In this document: positions 1 to 10,180 of the stretch, in pieces
Numbering within the stretch: the stretch's first letter is position 1
How the letters are laid out: each line of letters opens with the position of its first letter
Assembly: GCA_020845775.1 (NCBI GenBank)
Contig: JADLFC010000116.1
Span: forward strand, 7,710 to 71,709
Origin: Deltaproteobacteria bacterium
GTDB lineage: Bacteria; Bdellovibrionota_C; UBA2361; SZUA-149; JADLFC01
DNA: 64,000 nt
Direction: 5' to 3'
The notes under the pieces: model-generated
What the model saw: only the letters and a program-made list of their open reading frames with translations
The model's database searches: none
Told to the model about the DNA's origin: nothing
Translations under genes and position numbers: made by a program

Positions 1-2
1 CA

Positions 3-1529
3 GTGCGCGAAATCGATGGGGCTTCAAATAACAGCGTGGATAACGTGCGCGAGATTATAGAATCGCTGAGAACCATGCCTCCAAGTGGTTCTAATTACAA
101 AATCTATATTATTGACGAGGTTCACATGCTTTCTACGCAGGCATTCAACGCCTTGCTAAAAAGCTTAGAGGAGCCTCCACCAGATACAATTTTTATTTTT
201 GCAACCACTGAGCCTCATAAAATACCAGAAACGGTTATTTCCCGCTGCCAGCGGCACGACTTTCGGGCGATACCAGAGGATTTGATATTTAACGAGTTAA
301 AGCAAATTTTACTTAAAGAGGGCACTCACTTAGCTGATGAGATAACCGACCTTATTGCAAGGAAAGCCCATGGCAGCATGCGCGATGCTCAATCACTGCT
401 AGAGAGGTTACTTGCCTTTTCTTCAGATGATATAGACTTGCCAACCGCAAGACAGCTATTTGGCGCTATTGATGTCGAACTGTTCTTTCAAATCTCGGCG
501 TCTGTATTTGCACAAGACGCCTCAGGTTGCTTTGAACATTTGGATCAAGCTTTTTCTGAAAGTATCGACATCCGAGCTTTTGTAGCTGAATTTCTTTCCC
601 ATTGGCGAAATCTTTTGGTGCTTAAAAACGCTTCCCTCGGAAAGAAAAAAATGTCTAGCCGAACTCTATGCAAACTTCTCGGCACAAGCGAGGCAGAGCT
701 ACAAAGGCTACAGTTGCAAGTCGAGAACGTGTCTAATTTTGATTTGCAGCGCGTCTTTGATGTAGCAGAAGCTGCCGCAAATAGGGCTCTAAGTAGCGAC
801 TGTCCACGTTTCGCGCTCGAGTCTGCTTTAGCAAAGATGGCGAGTCTTCCATCGCTTAAACCTTTACCAGAGCTACTAGCTCGCCTAGAAGAACTGGAAA
901 AATTGTCGCTAGCGTCAGACCGCGTGCAAAATAGAAGCGTGGCACAAGCAAGAGCAATCGGCAAAGACAGCGAACCTCGAGGCATGACCTCTGCGTTGCA
1001 TCCTTCTGATATTGCTGAAGCCCACGAGCAAAGTGCGCCGCTTGAGGGCGACCATAACGAAACACCGATGGATTTGAAACCGAGTCGCGAATTTAGCCCC
1101 TCATGGGAAGCTTTTGTTGCCCATGTTCAAGCTCGTTCAGAAGTGGTATTAGCGGCGCACCTTAGGCGGGTATCAGCGGATGTTTTTCGCCAAGGCGAGC
1201 TATTGATTAGAGCTGGGAAATTTGACTTCGAGTCTCTAAACACAGCAGAATCTCGGGCTGCGATAACGAGATGCCTTCTAAGCTATTCGGGCTGCGAAAA
1301 ATGGAAAATTTCTTTTGAACAGCAGGCGTTGCCAACAAAAGCAAGTGCTGAAACTAAAGCTAAGCGCAGCAGTAATATAGTAGAGGGATCTATTGTTCAT
1401 AGGGATCTAGAAAAGCAGCAAGAGGAAATCACGAAAATTGACGCTGAGGCACGCGAGCACCCAATGGTAAAAGTGGCCCTTTCTACATTTACTGGCAGCA
1501 AAATCGACAAGGTATCTATATTAAAGTAA
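3..1529 (+). CDS. dnaX: DNA polymerase III subunit gamma/tau, 5'-truncated at the window edge
   Basis: AAA+ clamp-loader motifs IIDEVHMLS, FIFATTEPHKIP and SRCQ; followed by ybaB and recR, the conserved dnaX-ybaB-recR synteny. Confidence 0.9.
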   Translation: MREIDGASNNSVDNVREIIESLRTMPPSGSNYKIYIIDEVHMLSTQAFNALLKSLEEPPPDTIFIFATTEPHKIPETVISRCQRHDFRAIPEDLIFNELKQILLKEGTHLADEITDLIARKAHGSMRDAQSLLERLLAFSSDDIDLPTARQLFGAIDVELFFQISASVFAQDASGCFEHLDQAFSESIDIRAFVAEFLSHWRNLLVLKNASLGKKKMSSRTLCKLLGTSEAELQRLQLQVENVSNFDLQRVFDVAEAAANRALSSDCPRFALESALAKMASLPSLKPLPELLARLEELEKLSLASDRVQNRSVAQARAIGKDSEPRGMTSALHPSDIAEAHEQSAPLEGDHNETPMDLKPSREFSPSWEAFVAHVQARSEVVLAAHLRRVSADVFRQGELLIRAGKFDFESLNTAESRAAITRCLLSYSGCEKWKISFEQQALPTKASAETKAKRSSNIVEGSIVHRDLEKQQEEITKIDAEAREHPMVKVALSTFTGSKIDKVSILK

Positions 1530-1536
1530 TTAGGTT

Positions 1537-1661
1537 TATACCATTTGCAAAAAGGATTTTTGTAAATGGTATAAACAGCAAGTGCGTAAGCACTTGCCAA
1601 TAAACAACAAATACCGTTTCCAAAAAGTAAAATATTTAACTTACTTTTTGGAAACGGTATA
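1537..1661. repeat. Composite triple-hairpin intergenic repeat, copy 1. Hairpin A is a 37-nt palindrome TATACCATTTGCAAAAAGG/ATTTTTGTAAATGGTATA; the central hairpin is GCAAGTGCGTAAGCACTTGC; hairpin C is a 50-nt palindrome ATACCGTTTCCAAAAAGTAAAATATTTAACTTACTTTTTGGAAACGGTAT
   Basis: Read directly from the sequence. Near-identical copies sit at 4545-4668 and, inverted, at 24199-24323. The element termini TATACC...GGTATA are inverted repeats of each other. Confidence 0.85.
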
Positions 1662-1713
1662 AGCGTTATCAGGCTAAGGCGTTCGACATCTAAAATCAGG
1701 AGGCTAGAAAAAA

Positions 1714-2037
1714 ATGAATTTTCCAGGCAATTTGCAAGAGATGCTCCAAAAAGCACAACAGCTCCAGGGCGATATTGCAAAGATGCAAGAAGAAGCTGCT
1801 AAACAAGAGGTTGAAGCAAGCGCAGGTGGTGGCATGGTAACGGTTAAAGTTAACGGGAAACACGAAATTGTCTCGCTAAAAATCGACCCCTCGGTAGTTA
1901 ATCCAAATGACATTGAAATGCTTCAGGATTTAATAACTGCTGCAGTTAATTCAGCTTCCAGACAAGCAAAGGACATTTTAAAAAATCAGCTTTCTAAATT
2001 GACGGGCGGAATACCCATACCTGGATTTAATATGTAG
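1714..2037 (+). CDS. ybaB: Nucleoid-associated protein YbaB/EbfC
   Basis: 107 aa; motifs MLQKAQQLQ, VTVKVNGKHEIVSLKIDPSVV and DIEMLQDLI; conserved position between dnaX and recR. Confidence 0.85.
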   Translation: MNFPGNLQEMLQKAQQLQGDIAKMQEEAAKQEVEASAGGGMVTVKVNGKHEIVSLKIDPSVVNPNDIEMLQDLITAAVNSASRQAKDILKNQLSKLTGGIPIPGFNM

Positions 2038-2109
2038 CTTAAGACTCTCCGTTATTGCTTTGATATAAACTCTGAAGCCATGCATAGGCATCATTTTTAT
2101 CCACCGACA

Positions 2110-2715
2110 ATGAGAGCTCTCATCAATGAGTTTTCCAAACTGCCATCGATTGGCGAAAAAAGCGCAACGCGTTTAGCCTATCATCTGTTAACGAGCAGCG
2201 ATACTTCTGCCAAAAGCCTTGCGCTTGCTATCACTAAGGCAAAGGAACAAATTACTCTTTGTGAAATTTGCTTTGCTTTATCAGAATCCTCTACGTGTTC
2301 TATCTGTAGCGATTCGCAGCGCCATCAGCAAATAATCTGCGTGGTCGAAAAGCCAGCCGATATAATAGCCCTTGAGCGCAGTGGTAGATATGGAGGTCTG
2401 TACCATGTTCTTCACGGTCTTTGGTCTCCACTAAAAGGAGTTTCTCCAGAAAAAACAAAAATTGGGAATTTACTACAGCGCGTGCGCAACTCGTTTGACG
2501 ATTCAACAGCAAAGGTGACTGTTCAAGAAGTCATTTTAGCAACTAGCACCACCGTTGAAGGAGATGCTACAGCCCTTTACATTGCAAAATCGCTCTCTAG
2601 CTTTAATTTAAACATTACCCGCATAGCTCAAGGGCTACCAAAGGGCGGCGAATTAGAATACGCAGATGAGCTTACTCTAAGCCACGCCATCGATGGGCGA
2701 TCGAAGCTAAAATAA
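2110..2715 (+). CDS. recR: Recombination protein RecR. The ORF could begin at 2080; the start at 2110 (MRALINEF) is preferred
   Basis: N-terminal helix-hairpin-helix LPSIGEKSATRLAYHLL; C4 zinc finger CEICFALSESSTCSIC; Toprim-like core. Confidence 0.88.
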   Translation: MRALINEFSKLPSIGEKSATRLAYHLLTSSDTSAKSLALAITKAKEQITLCEICFALSESSTCSICSDSQRHQQIICVVEKPADIIALERSGRYGGLYHVLHGLWSPLKGVSPEKTKIGNLLQRVRNSFDDSTAKVTVQEVILATSTTVEGDATALYIAKSLSSFNLNITRIAQGLPKGGELEYADELTLSHAIDGRSKLK

Positions 2716-2719
2716 TACC

Positions 2720-3040
2720 TCAACGAGAAGTAATGAGCTCGACTATATTGCCTGTGGGATCGGACAAATAAGTGCCCATGCTTCCATCGCTGCGTTTGCG
2801 CAGTTCGCCAAATTCCGCAGCATTGCTGCGGATGAATGCTAAGTGATTGGGCTCTTGACTAGGTAGCGTTAATGCTACTTTAATGTTAGAAAATTCTAGC
2901 AACGCAAATGTTTTTGTCTGCAAGCACGGTTTGCAGGCAAAACTCGTGCAATACCATTGAACAGATTTTTCTATATCGGCAACTTGTATCGTTACGTGAT
3001 CTACTTGATCTAATTTTTCCGAGCAGTTTTCTTTAATCAT
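2720..3040 (-). CDS. VOC/glyoxalase-family small protein
   Basis: 106 aa; glyoxalase-like beta-alpha-beta start HVTIQVADIEKSVQWY; its start overlaps the upstream gene's stop by 4 nt. Confidence 0.45.
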   Translation of the reverse strand: MIKENCSEKLDQVDHVTIQVADIEKSVQWYCTSFACKPCLQTKTFALLEFSNIKVALTLPSQEPNHLAFIRSNAAEFGELRKRSDGSMGTYLSDPTGNIVELITSR

Positions 3041-3432
3041 CGCCCCACCTTTTCTACATCTCCCAACACCTCGTCTTCTGTACCAATAGCTGCGTTCTGC
3101 TCTATTCGCTTATTCCTTATCTCAAACCCCGCATCGATATTTTGCACCGCATCTAGTCCATGCTTAACATCACTAGAAGTGCGGCCATCCACTACTACAT
3201 CTAAAGTCCTATCAATAACCCTGCGAACTTCGTTGTCGCGAGGATTCCTGCTTCTCCTTCGTTGCCTAACTTCCTCATACCGAGATTTCCAGGGAGGCGG
3301 TGACATTTCACTGTCCAACTGCCCTTCAAAAAAGCCGCCCTTAACATCGAGATTCTCCTGCCCCAGCACCATAAACGGGAACGAGAAGAATGCGATAAAT
3401 GACAGAGACTTGATTAATATTCGCCTAATCAC
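3037..3432 (-). CDS. Secreted hypothetical protein with a signal peptide, rich in Arg/Asp
   Basis: N-terminal hydrophobic signal MIRRILIKSLSFIAFFSFPFMVLGQ; translationally coupled (ATGA) to the downstream VOC gene. Confidence 0.4.
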   Translation of the reverse strand: MIRRILIKSLSFIAFFSFPFMVLGQENLDVKGGFFEGQLDSEMSPPPWKSRYEEVRQRRRSRNPRDNEVRRVIDRTLDVVVDGRTSSDVKHGLDAVQNIDAGFEIRNKRIEQNAAIGTEDEVLGDVEKVGR

Positions 3433-3484
3433 AACATACTAATTGTTATTATACGACATGCCCCCAAGATGTATGAGGCACGCA

Positions 3485-4327
3485 TCAAGTAGTGGCCTCA
3501 TCGACTTCAGCAAAGATCCCGTGTTTTACTCGCTCGTAATGATTTCTCCATTTTAAGGATCTATGCAGCACTTTGCTAGCATATTGCCGCACCGAAGACG
3601 GAATACTATGGACATTTTTTCCCACTTTGTCGACATTGCCTGGACCCCAGTTATAAGCAGCCAGCGCCATATAGCGATTGCCACGATATTGTTCTTCAAG
3701 CTTCTTAACATACTCTATGCCGAGCGAGATATTGGTTTCAGGATCGGTTAAGACTGGATAACTTCTTTTACCGGTAATTTGCCTAGACACCTCATGCGCA
3801 GTGTTTGGTAAAAGCTGCATCAAGCCCATCGCACCGGCTTTTGAACGCACCCTGGGTAAAAAACTACTCTCTACTGAAATTATCGCTGCAACATAAAAGG
3901 GATCTACTCGCCGTAAAGTGCTCTGCTCAACTATATGTTTAGCAATATGTGGGCTTTGAGTTACTCTTCGACCATAGGAACTAATGAGATCCGAAATATA
4001 AGCTATCTTTTTTAAATGCTCCCGATCGTAGCCCCCAAAACGTTTAAAATCGCGCACATCGTACGATGCATAATAGCGCTCATTTCGCATGAAAAAATCT
4101 GGCCTGTTAACTCCATAAGCCTTAGCCAGGTTTAGCTCCGAGTAATAACTACTACCATTGCGAAAAAACTCGGACACAAGACTAAAACCAAACACGCCAA
4201 CGAACACAAACCCTAAAATGGGCTTTCTTAGCGAAAAAACTATCTGCCACACCGTAAGGAAAACCGGCGGCCTCAGTTGTCTTATAAGTTCTGTTGGTAA
4301 ATAATCACCAAAATTGCTTTTTCTCAT
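3485..4327 (-). CDS. Lytic transglycosylase (SLT domain), membrane-anchored
   Basis: SLT motifs GAMGLMQLLP...TA and AYNWGPGNV; N-terminal transmembrane helix. Confidence 0.8.
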   Translation of the reverse strand: MRKSNFGDYLPTELIRQLRPPVFLTVWQIVFSLRKPILGFVFVGVFGFSLVSEFFRNGSSYYSELNLAKAYGVNRPDFFMRNERYYASYDVRDFKRFGGYDREHLKKIAYISDLISSYGRRVTQSPHIAKHIVEQSTLRRVDPFYVAAIISVESSFLPRVRSKAGAMGLMQLLPNTAHEVSRQITGKRSYPVLTDPETNISLGIEYVKKLEEQYRGNRYMALAAYNWGPGNVDKVGKNVHSIPSSVRQYASKVLHRSLKWRNHYERVKHGIFAEVDEATT

Positions 4328-4544
4328 AGAAAATTCCGCATTAGGAGTATAACCAGCACATCTTCCGTTTTACGAAACACATCCACGATAAATAGCCTGC
4401 TGAAACTAGCTTCCTTCTGTCACTCTACAATCTACATTTGTATAGTATAGCACGAATCGCTTGCGATTTGTCACATTTGCCATTTTTTTTATCTCAGTTT
4501 ACACTTAGCCGAGTAATTTCATGAACGTAAGCAAGCATTTTAGT

Positions 4545-4668
4545 TATACCATTTAGAAAAAGGATTTTTGTAAATGGTATAAACAGCAAGTGCGTAAGCA
4601 CTTGCCAATAAACAACAAATACCGTTTCCAAAAAGTAAAATATTTAACTTACTTTTTGGAAACGGTAT
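4545..4668. repeat. Composite triple-hairpin intergenic repeat, copy 2, upstream of mnmG
   Basis: Matches copy 1 (1537-1661) over about 124 nt, with a G-to-A difference in the hairpin A loop region. Confidence 0.85.
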
Positions 4669-4699
4669 AATATTTTTTGCAGTAATTACAACTCATAAA

Positions 4700-6601
4700 G
4701 TGAGCATTCAATCGAAGGGATTTGATATTTTGGTTATTGGAGCGGGGCACGCTGGGATAGAGGCGTCGTTAATGTCTGCACGCTTAGGCGCGAACGTCGG
4801 ACTGATAACTTTTAGCAAACGAAATGTCGGTCAAATGTCCTGCAACCCGGCAATTGGAGGCATTGGGAAGGGGCATCTCGTTAAAGAGGTCGATGCGCTA
4901 TTTGGCGAGATGGGAAGATTGATTGATGCCGCTGGCATTCAGTTTAGAATTCTAAATAACTCAAAAGGCCCAGCTGTGCGCTCTTCCCGCGCCCAAGCAG
5001 ACAAGCTGCTCTATCATCAACGCGCGCTTGCGAGAATAGAAAGTGTTCCGAATATTACAATCATAGAAGCTGAGGCTTGCGACATTAAACTTCGGGGCGA
5101 TTCTGTCTGTGGCATAGTTACCGATGCTGGAACTTTTATTCCCGCTAGAGCGCTAATATTAACTACCGGAACTTTTCTGGGAGGCTTGATGCACGTCGGA
5201 GCTGAACAGTTTAGGGGCGGGCGGATTAATGAACCAGCAAGTGATCGACTTAGCCAAGCTATTAAAAGCCTTGGTCTAAAGATGAATCGCTTAAAAACTG
5301 GCACTCCTCCACGCCTGTCGGCTTCGAGTATTGACGTATCAATTCTTGCTGCGCAACCAGGGGACAGTCCGCCGAAACCTTTTTCTTATCGCACTCGTTC
5401 AATTGAGCAGCCACAAATATGTTGTTGGCTTACACAAACAAATGAGCGCACGCATGAAATCATATATGACAACATTGCGCACTCTCCGTTGTTTAATGGC
5501 CAAATAAATTCAATAGGGCCGCGTTACTGTCCTTCTATTGAGGACAAAGTTTATCGCTTTAGGGACAAGTCGTCCCATCACATTTTTGTTGAGCCAGAAG
5601 GTTATAAATCGGATTCCATCTACCCGAATGGAATTTCAACGAGTTTGCCGCGAATCGTTCAGGAGCAAATTGTTCGCTCGATTAAGGGATTCGAGAATGC
5701 GAAATTTTTGCGCTATGGCTATGCCGTAGAGTACGATCACGTCGATCCTCAACAGCTCGAGCGAACTTTAGCCCCCAAAGATTTAAAGGGCCTGTACTTG
5801 GCGGGACAGATAAATGGAACCACTGGATACGAAGAGGCTGCTGCACAGGGTTTGGTCGCGGGCATTAATGCCGCGATGTATGTGATGGGAAGAGAACCCT
5901 TAGTTCTTGGACGCGATCAGGCATATATAGGCGTAATGATTGACGATTTAGTGTCTCGTGGCGCACCCGAACCTTATCGCATGTTTACATCGCGCTCTGA
6001 ATATCGCTTGTCCCTTAGAGAAGACAATGCAGACTCTCGTTTAACCCCGATAGCTCGACGACTTGGCCTAGTAGGCGATAGCGATTGGAAGCGTTTTACT
6101 GAAAAACAAGAAAGAATTGAAAGGGAAAGAGGAAGACTGGAAACTACATTTGTTGCGCCGGACGAAAGGACTAATATGTGGTTAACAGAACTGGAGACTG
6201 CTACCTTGTTAGATCGGATTTCACTGGCTTCTCTTCTGCGTCGACCAGAAATAGGATACTTGGATGTAGTTAGCCAATTCAGCCCAAGCTTTGAACTGAG
6301 GGAAGATGAGTGGCGAAAACTCGAAACGGAAATAAAATTTGCGGGCTACTTAGCTAGGGAAGAAGCTGAGCGGGCAAAACTAAAAAAAATGGAGGCGGTA
6401 AAAATTCCAGCTCACTTTGATTATAAAAGCCTAACTACCTTGAGCACGGAAATTCGCGAGCGTTTGTCTACAGTCAAACCAGCTACGCTAGGACAAGCCT
6501 CACATGTCTACGGCGTTACTCCGGCGGCACTTTCCATCATTGCCGTTCATCTCAAGCGCAGCGAGAGACAGAGCTCTGCGGCAGCAACTTTAAACGGATA
6601 G
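4700..6601 (+). CDS. mnmG: tRNA uridine-5-carboxymethylaminomethyl modification enzyme MnmG (GidA)
   Basis: FAD-binding start [14 protein letters not shown]; motifs CNPAIGG and [11 protein letters not shown]; 633 aa is typical for MnmG. Confidence 0.93.
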   Translation: MSIQSKGFDILVIGAGHAGIEASLMSARLGANVGLITFSKRNVGQMSCNPAIGGIGKGHLVKEVDALFGEMGRLIDAAGIQFRILNNSKGPAVRSSRAQADKLLYHQRALARIESVPNITIIEAEACDIKLRGDSVCGIVTDAGTFIPARALILTTGTFLGGLMHVGAEQFRGGRINEPASDRLSQAIKSLGLKMNRLKTGTPPRLSASSIDVSILAAQPGDSPPKPFSYRTRSIEQPQICCWLTQTNERTHEIIYDNIAHSPLFNGQINSIGPRYCPSIEDKVYRFRDKSSHHIFVEPEGYKSDSIYPNGISTSLPRIVQEQIVRSIKGFENAKFLRYGYAVEYDHVDPQQLERTLAPKDLKGLYLAGQINGTTGYEEAAAQGLVAGINAAMYVMGREPLVLGRDQAYIGVMIDDLVSRGAPEPYRMFTSRSEYRLSLREDNADSRLTPIARRLGLVGDSDWKRFTEKQERIERERGRLETTFVAPDERTNMWLTELETATLLDRISLASLLRRPEIGYLDVVSQFSPSFELREDEWRKLETEIKFAGYLAREEAERAKLKKMEAVKIPAHFDYKSLTTLSTEIRERLSTVKPATLGQASHVYGVTPAALSIIAVHLKRSERQSSAAATLNG

Positions 6602-6607
6602 TGGGCG

Positions 6608-7348
6608 ATGAGCTCTGATATTGCTAGTATCGTAGGCGATTTGTACGGCCGTTTGTGTTGCGAACTTAGAGAGGATGACTCATTTCTAGCCAAAGACTCT
6701 GATAGCAAACTGCCGGATCTCGTTATTTCAGACTTAGTGACTTATATTGAGCTACTCGAAGGGTGGAGTGCGAAAATGGACTTAATTTCGCCTTGCACTA
6801 CTACTCAGCTGATTGAGCGCCATGTAATTGATTCGCTCGCCATGTGCAAGATGTGGAGGATTATAGCTAGTGGGCTACAACTTGAGTCGGGTTTGTGCAT
6901 TGATATTGGTAGCGGAGCCGGACTTCCGGGAATTGTCTTTGCTATATTATATCGAAGTCAACGAGTGGTTCTATGCGAACCGCGCAAAAAACGCTCTCAC
7001 TTCCTGCTAGAAGTAAGGCGGAAGCTAAACCTCGAAAATGTAGAAATTGCAAATTATGAGATGCGGGCGCTTGTCGATTTTTTTCGTGGAAAAGCTAATC
7101 TAGTTACAAGCCGCGCACTAGGACAGGAGAAACTATTCCTAACAACTGCTGCCGCGCTTCTAACCGCAAACGGACATGTAATTCAGATGGTAGGGCCAAA
7201 TTGGAAGTGCGCTCACACAGCGAATGAACTACTATCATTAGGACTAAGTTTTAAAGCTACGGAGCATTACAGACTGCCCATTACCGGGGCAGCGCACGCG
7301 CTAGCAATTTGTACACGCTCCCAACCTACAATACTGGCTGGCTCTTAA
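6608..7348 (+). CDS. rsmG: 16S rRNA (guanine527-N7)-methyltransferase RsmG (GidB)
   Basis: SAM-binding motif IDIGSGAGLPGIVFAI; lies immediately downstream of mnmG. Confidence 0.85.
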   Translation: MSSDIASIVGDLYGRLCCELREDDSFLAKDSDSKLPDLVISDLVTYIELLEGWSAKMDLISPCTTTQLIERHVIDSLAMCKMWRIIASGLQLESGLCIDIGSGAGLPGIVFAILYRSQRVVLCEPRKKRSHFLLEVRRKLNLENVEIANYEMRALVDFFRGKANLVTSRALGQEKLFLTTAAALLTANGHVIQMVGPNWKCAHTANELLSLGLSFKATEHYRLPITGAAHALAICTRSQPTILAGS

Positions 7349-7814
7349 GCTCCTCCAATATAGCTTCTTGCAAACCCGATTTCTGCACTGTGATTAGTTC
7401 GTACATGTAATCTATCTCATCGACGCGCATATTAGCGGTATATATAGTAACGCTTAGTACTAAGTCGTAGTTTACTAAACTTATCTTTGCACCGATTAAA
7501 GTATCCGCAGCAATAAGAGCCGCCGCTAATACATTACAGCAGTCTCGAATGGGAACAGTCATGATATTGATTCCCATATATAGAGTAGTCTCTGGAGGCC
7601 GATTTATTCCCTCTAAACTAATTTCAAGTTCTTCATCGTCCCCTAGAGCAATTGACCAACTTGCTATTTCTGTAGTGCGCTGCTGCAAGCATTCGGCTGG
7701 ATCGAAGCCCCTGCGAATCATAAACTCTTCAACCAAACGGGCTGGATCTTTACCTCCTGTTATTTTTCGTATTCTCGCAGGAGTTATCCTCTTGACCTTT
7801 GTCATCGTCCTCAT
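7326..7814 (-). CDS. Hypothetical protein, 162 aa
   Basis: Clear long ORF convergent with rsmG; no motif recognised. Confidence 0.35.
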   Translation of the reverse strand: MRTMTKVKRITPARIRKITGGKDPARLVEEFMIRRGFDPAECLQQRTTEIASWSIALGDDEELEISLEGINRPPETTLYMGINIMTVPIRDCCNVLAAALIAADTLIGAKISLVNYDLVLSVTIYTANMRVDEIDYMYELITVQKSGLQEAILEELKSQPVL

Positions 7815-7927
7815 GTTGCCTTACCTCTGCTTCTCTCAGAAACTAACTCTAGCTAAACTAACTCTAAAGTATCAAGCACTATCACAAGATGCTCCAGATT
7901 AATATTGATAATTACCTATCGTATTAA

Positions 7928-9286
7928 TCAAGATAATTCTTTTTCGATCAAATCGATCACCTTATCCCCCCATTGAAAACTCAATGCCTTGGCTCGTTCG
8001 TGCGATAGCTCTTTTATTCGTTCCAGTTTGTATTTTCGGCCAGCTATAGAATCGAGCAGCTCGGCAAAATTCCCCACATGTTTCGCGTCGTAAAGTAACT
8101 CATCGTAGATGAGGATCTCGCGCATTTCGGGCGTATCGGGTGCAAGTATAGGCACCCCCGCACCTAGTGCCTCTAGCATCGCGTTAGAAGTCCCCTCATA
8201 TCTCGATGTGACAATAAAAACATCGCAACCAGCGATTATGTCTATTGGATCCTCCAACCAGCCAGTTAGAATAATTCTATCCAGTTGTCCATAGCCCGCA
8301 GCGATCGCTAATATTTTTGGCTTTTGATCCCCATCGCCGCAAATAATAAGCACCGGTTTTTCGCTGGCCGTAGCACCAAGAACTCTAATGATGTAATCGA
8401 TATTTTTTTGAACGTTAAGCTCCCCGCTAACTGCTAAAAATATGGATTTCTCTGGCAAGTGACACCTTCTCGCCAATTCTCGCTTGCGATTGCTAAAACC
8501 GCCTAGCCAGAGTTTCCAGCTCTTGTCGTCTACTCTCTCCTGCCAAACACTATAACCGCTAGCTGCTCGCGCATCTCGTTTCACAGGGCCTGGGGATATT
8601 TGTTGTTCAAATGCTTCTCGGGCAGATACTCCGATATCTGCCAAGTCACCATTTTTGCCAAAAGTATCGACATTGTTTGTTTTAGATATTGGTTTTGACG
8701 AACTGGCATTCTTCCTAGAATTTTCTATCAGAGCCTTGGGATAAACGATCGCATTCGGCAAAGTCACGACGCGCTCTGCTTTTATAAAAGGCTCATCTAT
8801 TAGCCTTTTTCTAATCAACTCAGAAACAACTACAACTTTTCTCGCACTAAGAACCCCAAAAAAATCCACCAAATTGCCGAGGCCGCGCAAAAATACCGAG
8901 CGATATGTAATCGATCGCAGTTCCCAAGGTACTGAGCGCAAAAAAAGCACTATTGGTGTTCTAGAGAAAAAACAACCCAGTTTTGCTAGCAAACTATAAA
9001 AGGCACTAAAAACCAGAACGGCAGTAAACTTCTCCGCTATCAGTATGCGCAATAGAGCTATAGGAAAAACAATGCTTACACAAAGCCAAAACCAAACCCC
9101 CTCAAACAGCTTCACAGGTAAATGAACGACATGAGGAACAAGCTTTTCATGCTTTTTCAATGCTAATGGTTGAGCAGATAAGTAATGAACCTCGTAGCCA
9201 TTCTCGAGCAAAGCCTCTACGAGTATAGATAGGCGTTTAAATATTCCTCCACGGACCTGGTGCGTAATAATAGTTATTACTTTCAT
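7928..9286 (-). CDS. Glycosyltransferase family 4 (GT-B fold)
   Basis: GT4/GT1 C-terminal signature EGTSNAMLEALGAGVPILAPD; N-terminal Rossmann half with embedded hydrophobic segments. Confidence 0.7.
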   Translation of the reverse strand: MKVITIITHQVRGGIFKRLSILVEALLENGYEVHYLSAQPLALKKHEKLVPHVVHLPVKLFEGVWFWLCVSIVFPIALLRILIAEKFTAVLVFSAFYSLLAKLGCFFSRTPIVLFLRSVPWELRSITYRSVFLRGLGNLVDFFGVLSARKVVVVSELIRKRLIDEPFIKAERVVTLPNAIVYPKALIENSRKNASSSKPISKTNNVDTFGKNGDLADIGVSAREAFEQQISPGPVKRDARAASGYSVWQERVDDKSWKLWLGGFSNRKRELARRCHLPEKSIFLAVSGELNVQKNIDYIIRVLGATASEKPVLIICGDGDQKPKILAIAAGYGQLDRIILTGWLEDPIDIIAGCDVFIVTSRYEGTSNAMLEALGAGVPILAPDTPEMREILIYDELLYDAKHVGNFAELLDSIAGRKYKLERIKELSHERAKALSFQWGDKVIDLIEKELS

Positions 9287-9406
9287 ATTTTATTAAGATA
9301 ACGGCGTGAGCTAAATTTGTTCCGATATTTCCTTTTGAGAATGTGCATTCCCACTTATAAACAAAAAGATTTAGACCATTTTTACCCAAAGTAGTATCTT
9401 AAAAAA

Positions 9407-10180
9407 GTGGACATAATATTCATAACCATTTTTGGACTTGCCATTGGTAGTTTCCTTAATGTTTGCATTTGGCGGGTTCCGCGCAAATTGTCGGTCGTCA
9501 GTCCAGCGCGCTCTTTTTGTCCCAAATGCAACCGCGCTATATCCTGGAAGGATAATATCCCCTTACTTGGGTGGTTATTGCTGCGCGGCAAGTGTCGCCA
9601 TTGCGAAAAGCCAATATCGAGCCGCTACCCATTGGTGGAAGTGATATCTGCTTTTCTGGCAGTGGCTAGCTATATTGTCTTTGGCGCAACACCAACTGCG
9701 ATTGTAATCTACGCACTCGGAGCCTCTTTGGTAGTAATTAGTTTTATAGATTTTGACTTTAAAATTATCCCTAATGTCATTAGCCTGCCTGGAATTGTTA
9801 TTGGCCTTGCGATAGGTGTCATTTCGCAATTCAGTGGCATATTTGACGCTCCTGTATCAACCGGTGCTTTGGACTCGTTAATCGGGATGTTAGCTGGTGG
9901 TGGATTTTTCTACATAGTGGGCGAGGTGTATTATTTAATAACTAAGCGCAATGGTTTAGGAGGCGGAGATATTAAGTTGCTGGGGATGACTGGTGCAATA
10001 CTAGGATGGAAATCAGTTGCTCCAACTATTTTTGTCGGGTCATTGCTTGGAGCCATTCTAGGCATTGGTCTAATGATATTTAGGGGCGGAGGTCGACAAC
10101 TAGAAATTCCCTTTGGCCCGTGGCTGTCTGCCGGAGTTTTAGTATATATATTTGGCGATTTGCCGTTTTTTAGAGTCTAA
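9407..10180 (+). CDS. pilD: Type IV prepilin peptidase (A24 family)
   Basis: Zinc-binding cysteine box CPKC...CRHC; catalytic region GGGDIKLLG; multiple transmembrane helices. Confidence 0.85.
   Translation: MDIIFITIFGLAIGSFLNVCIWRVPRKLSVVSPARSFCPKCNRAISWKDNIPLLGWLLLRGKCRHCEKPISSRYPLVEVISAFLAVASYIVFGATPTAIVIYALGASLVVISFIDFDFKIIPNVISLPGIVIGLAIGVISQFSGIFDAPVSTGALDSLIGMLAGGGFFYIVGEVYYLITKRNGLGGGDIKLLGMTGAILGWKSVAPTIFVGSLLGAILGIGLMIFRGGGRQLEIPFGPWLSAGVLVYIFGDLPFFRV

Noticed and set aside
545-1065. Two minus-strand ORFs (146 aa and 69 aa) inside dnaX
   Set aside because: They are antisense to a well-supported dnaX reading frame and have low-complexity Ser/Ala/Leu-rich translations typical of shadow ORFs.
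1397-1780. 127-aa minus-strand ORF spanning the dnaX/ybaB intergenic region
   Set aside because: It reads straight through the palindromic repeat (copy 1). Its peptide similarity to ORF 24225-24527 (KNPFCKWYK..., VRKHLPINN) is an artefact of translating the repeat. It also overlaps the dnaX 3' end and the ybaB start.
3179-3442. 87-aa plus-strand ORF overlapping the 131-aa minus-strand secreted protein gene
   Set aside because: The minus-strand ORF has a signal peptide and ATGA coupling to the downstream VOC gene, so it is favoured. The plus-strand product is low-complexity Ser/Thr/Leu.
4328-4699. Considered oriC upstream of mnmG
   Set aside because: There is no cluster of DnaA boxes (TTATCCACA or close variants) and no adjacent dnaA or parAB. 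The AT-rich stretch is largely accounted for by the repeat element.
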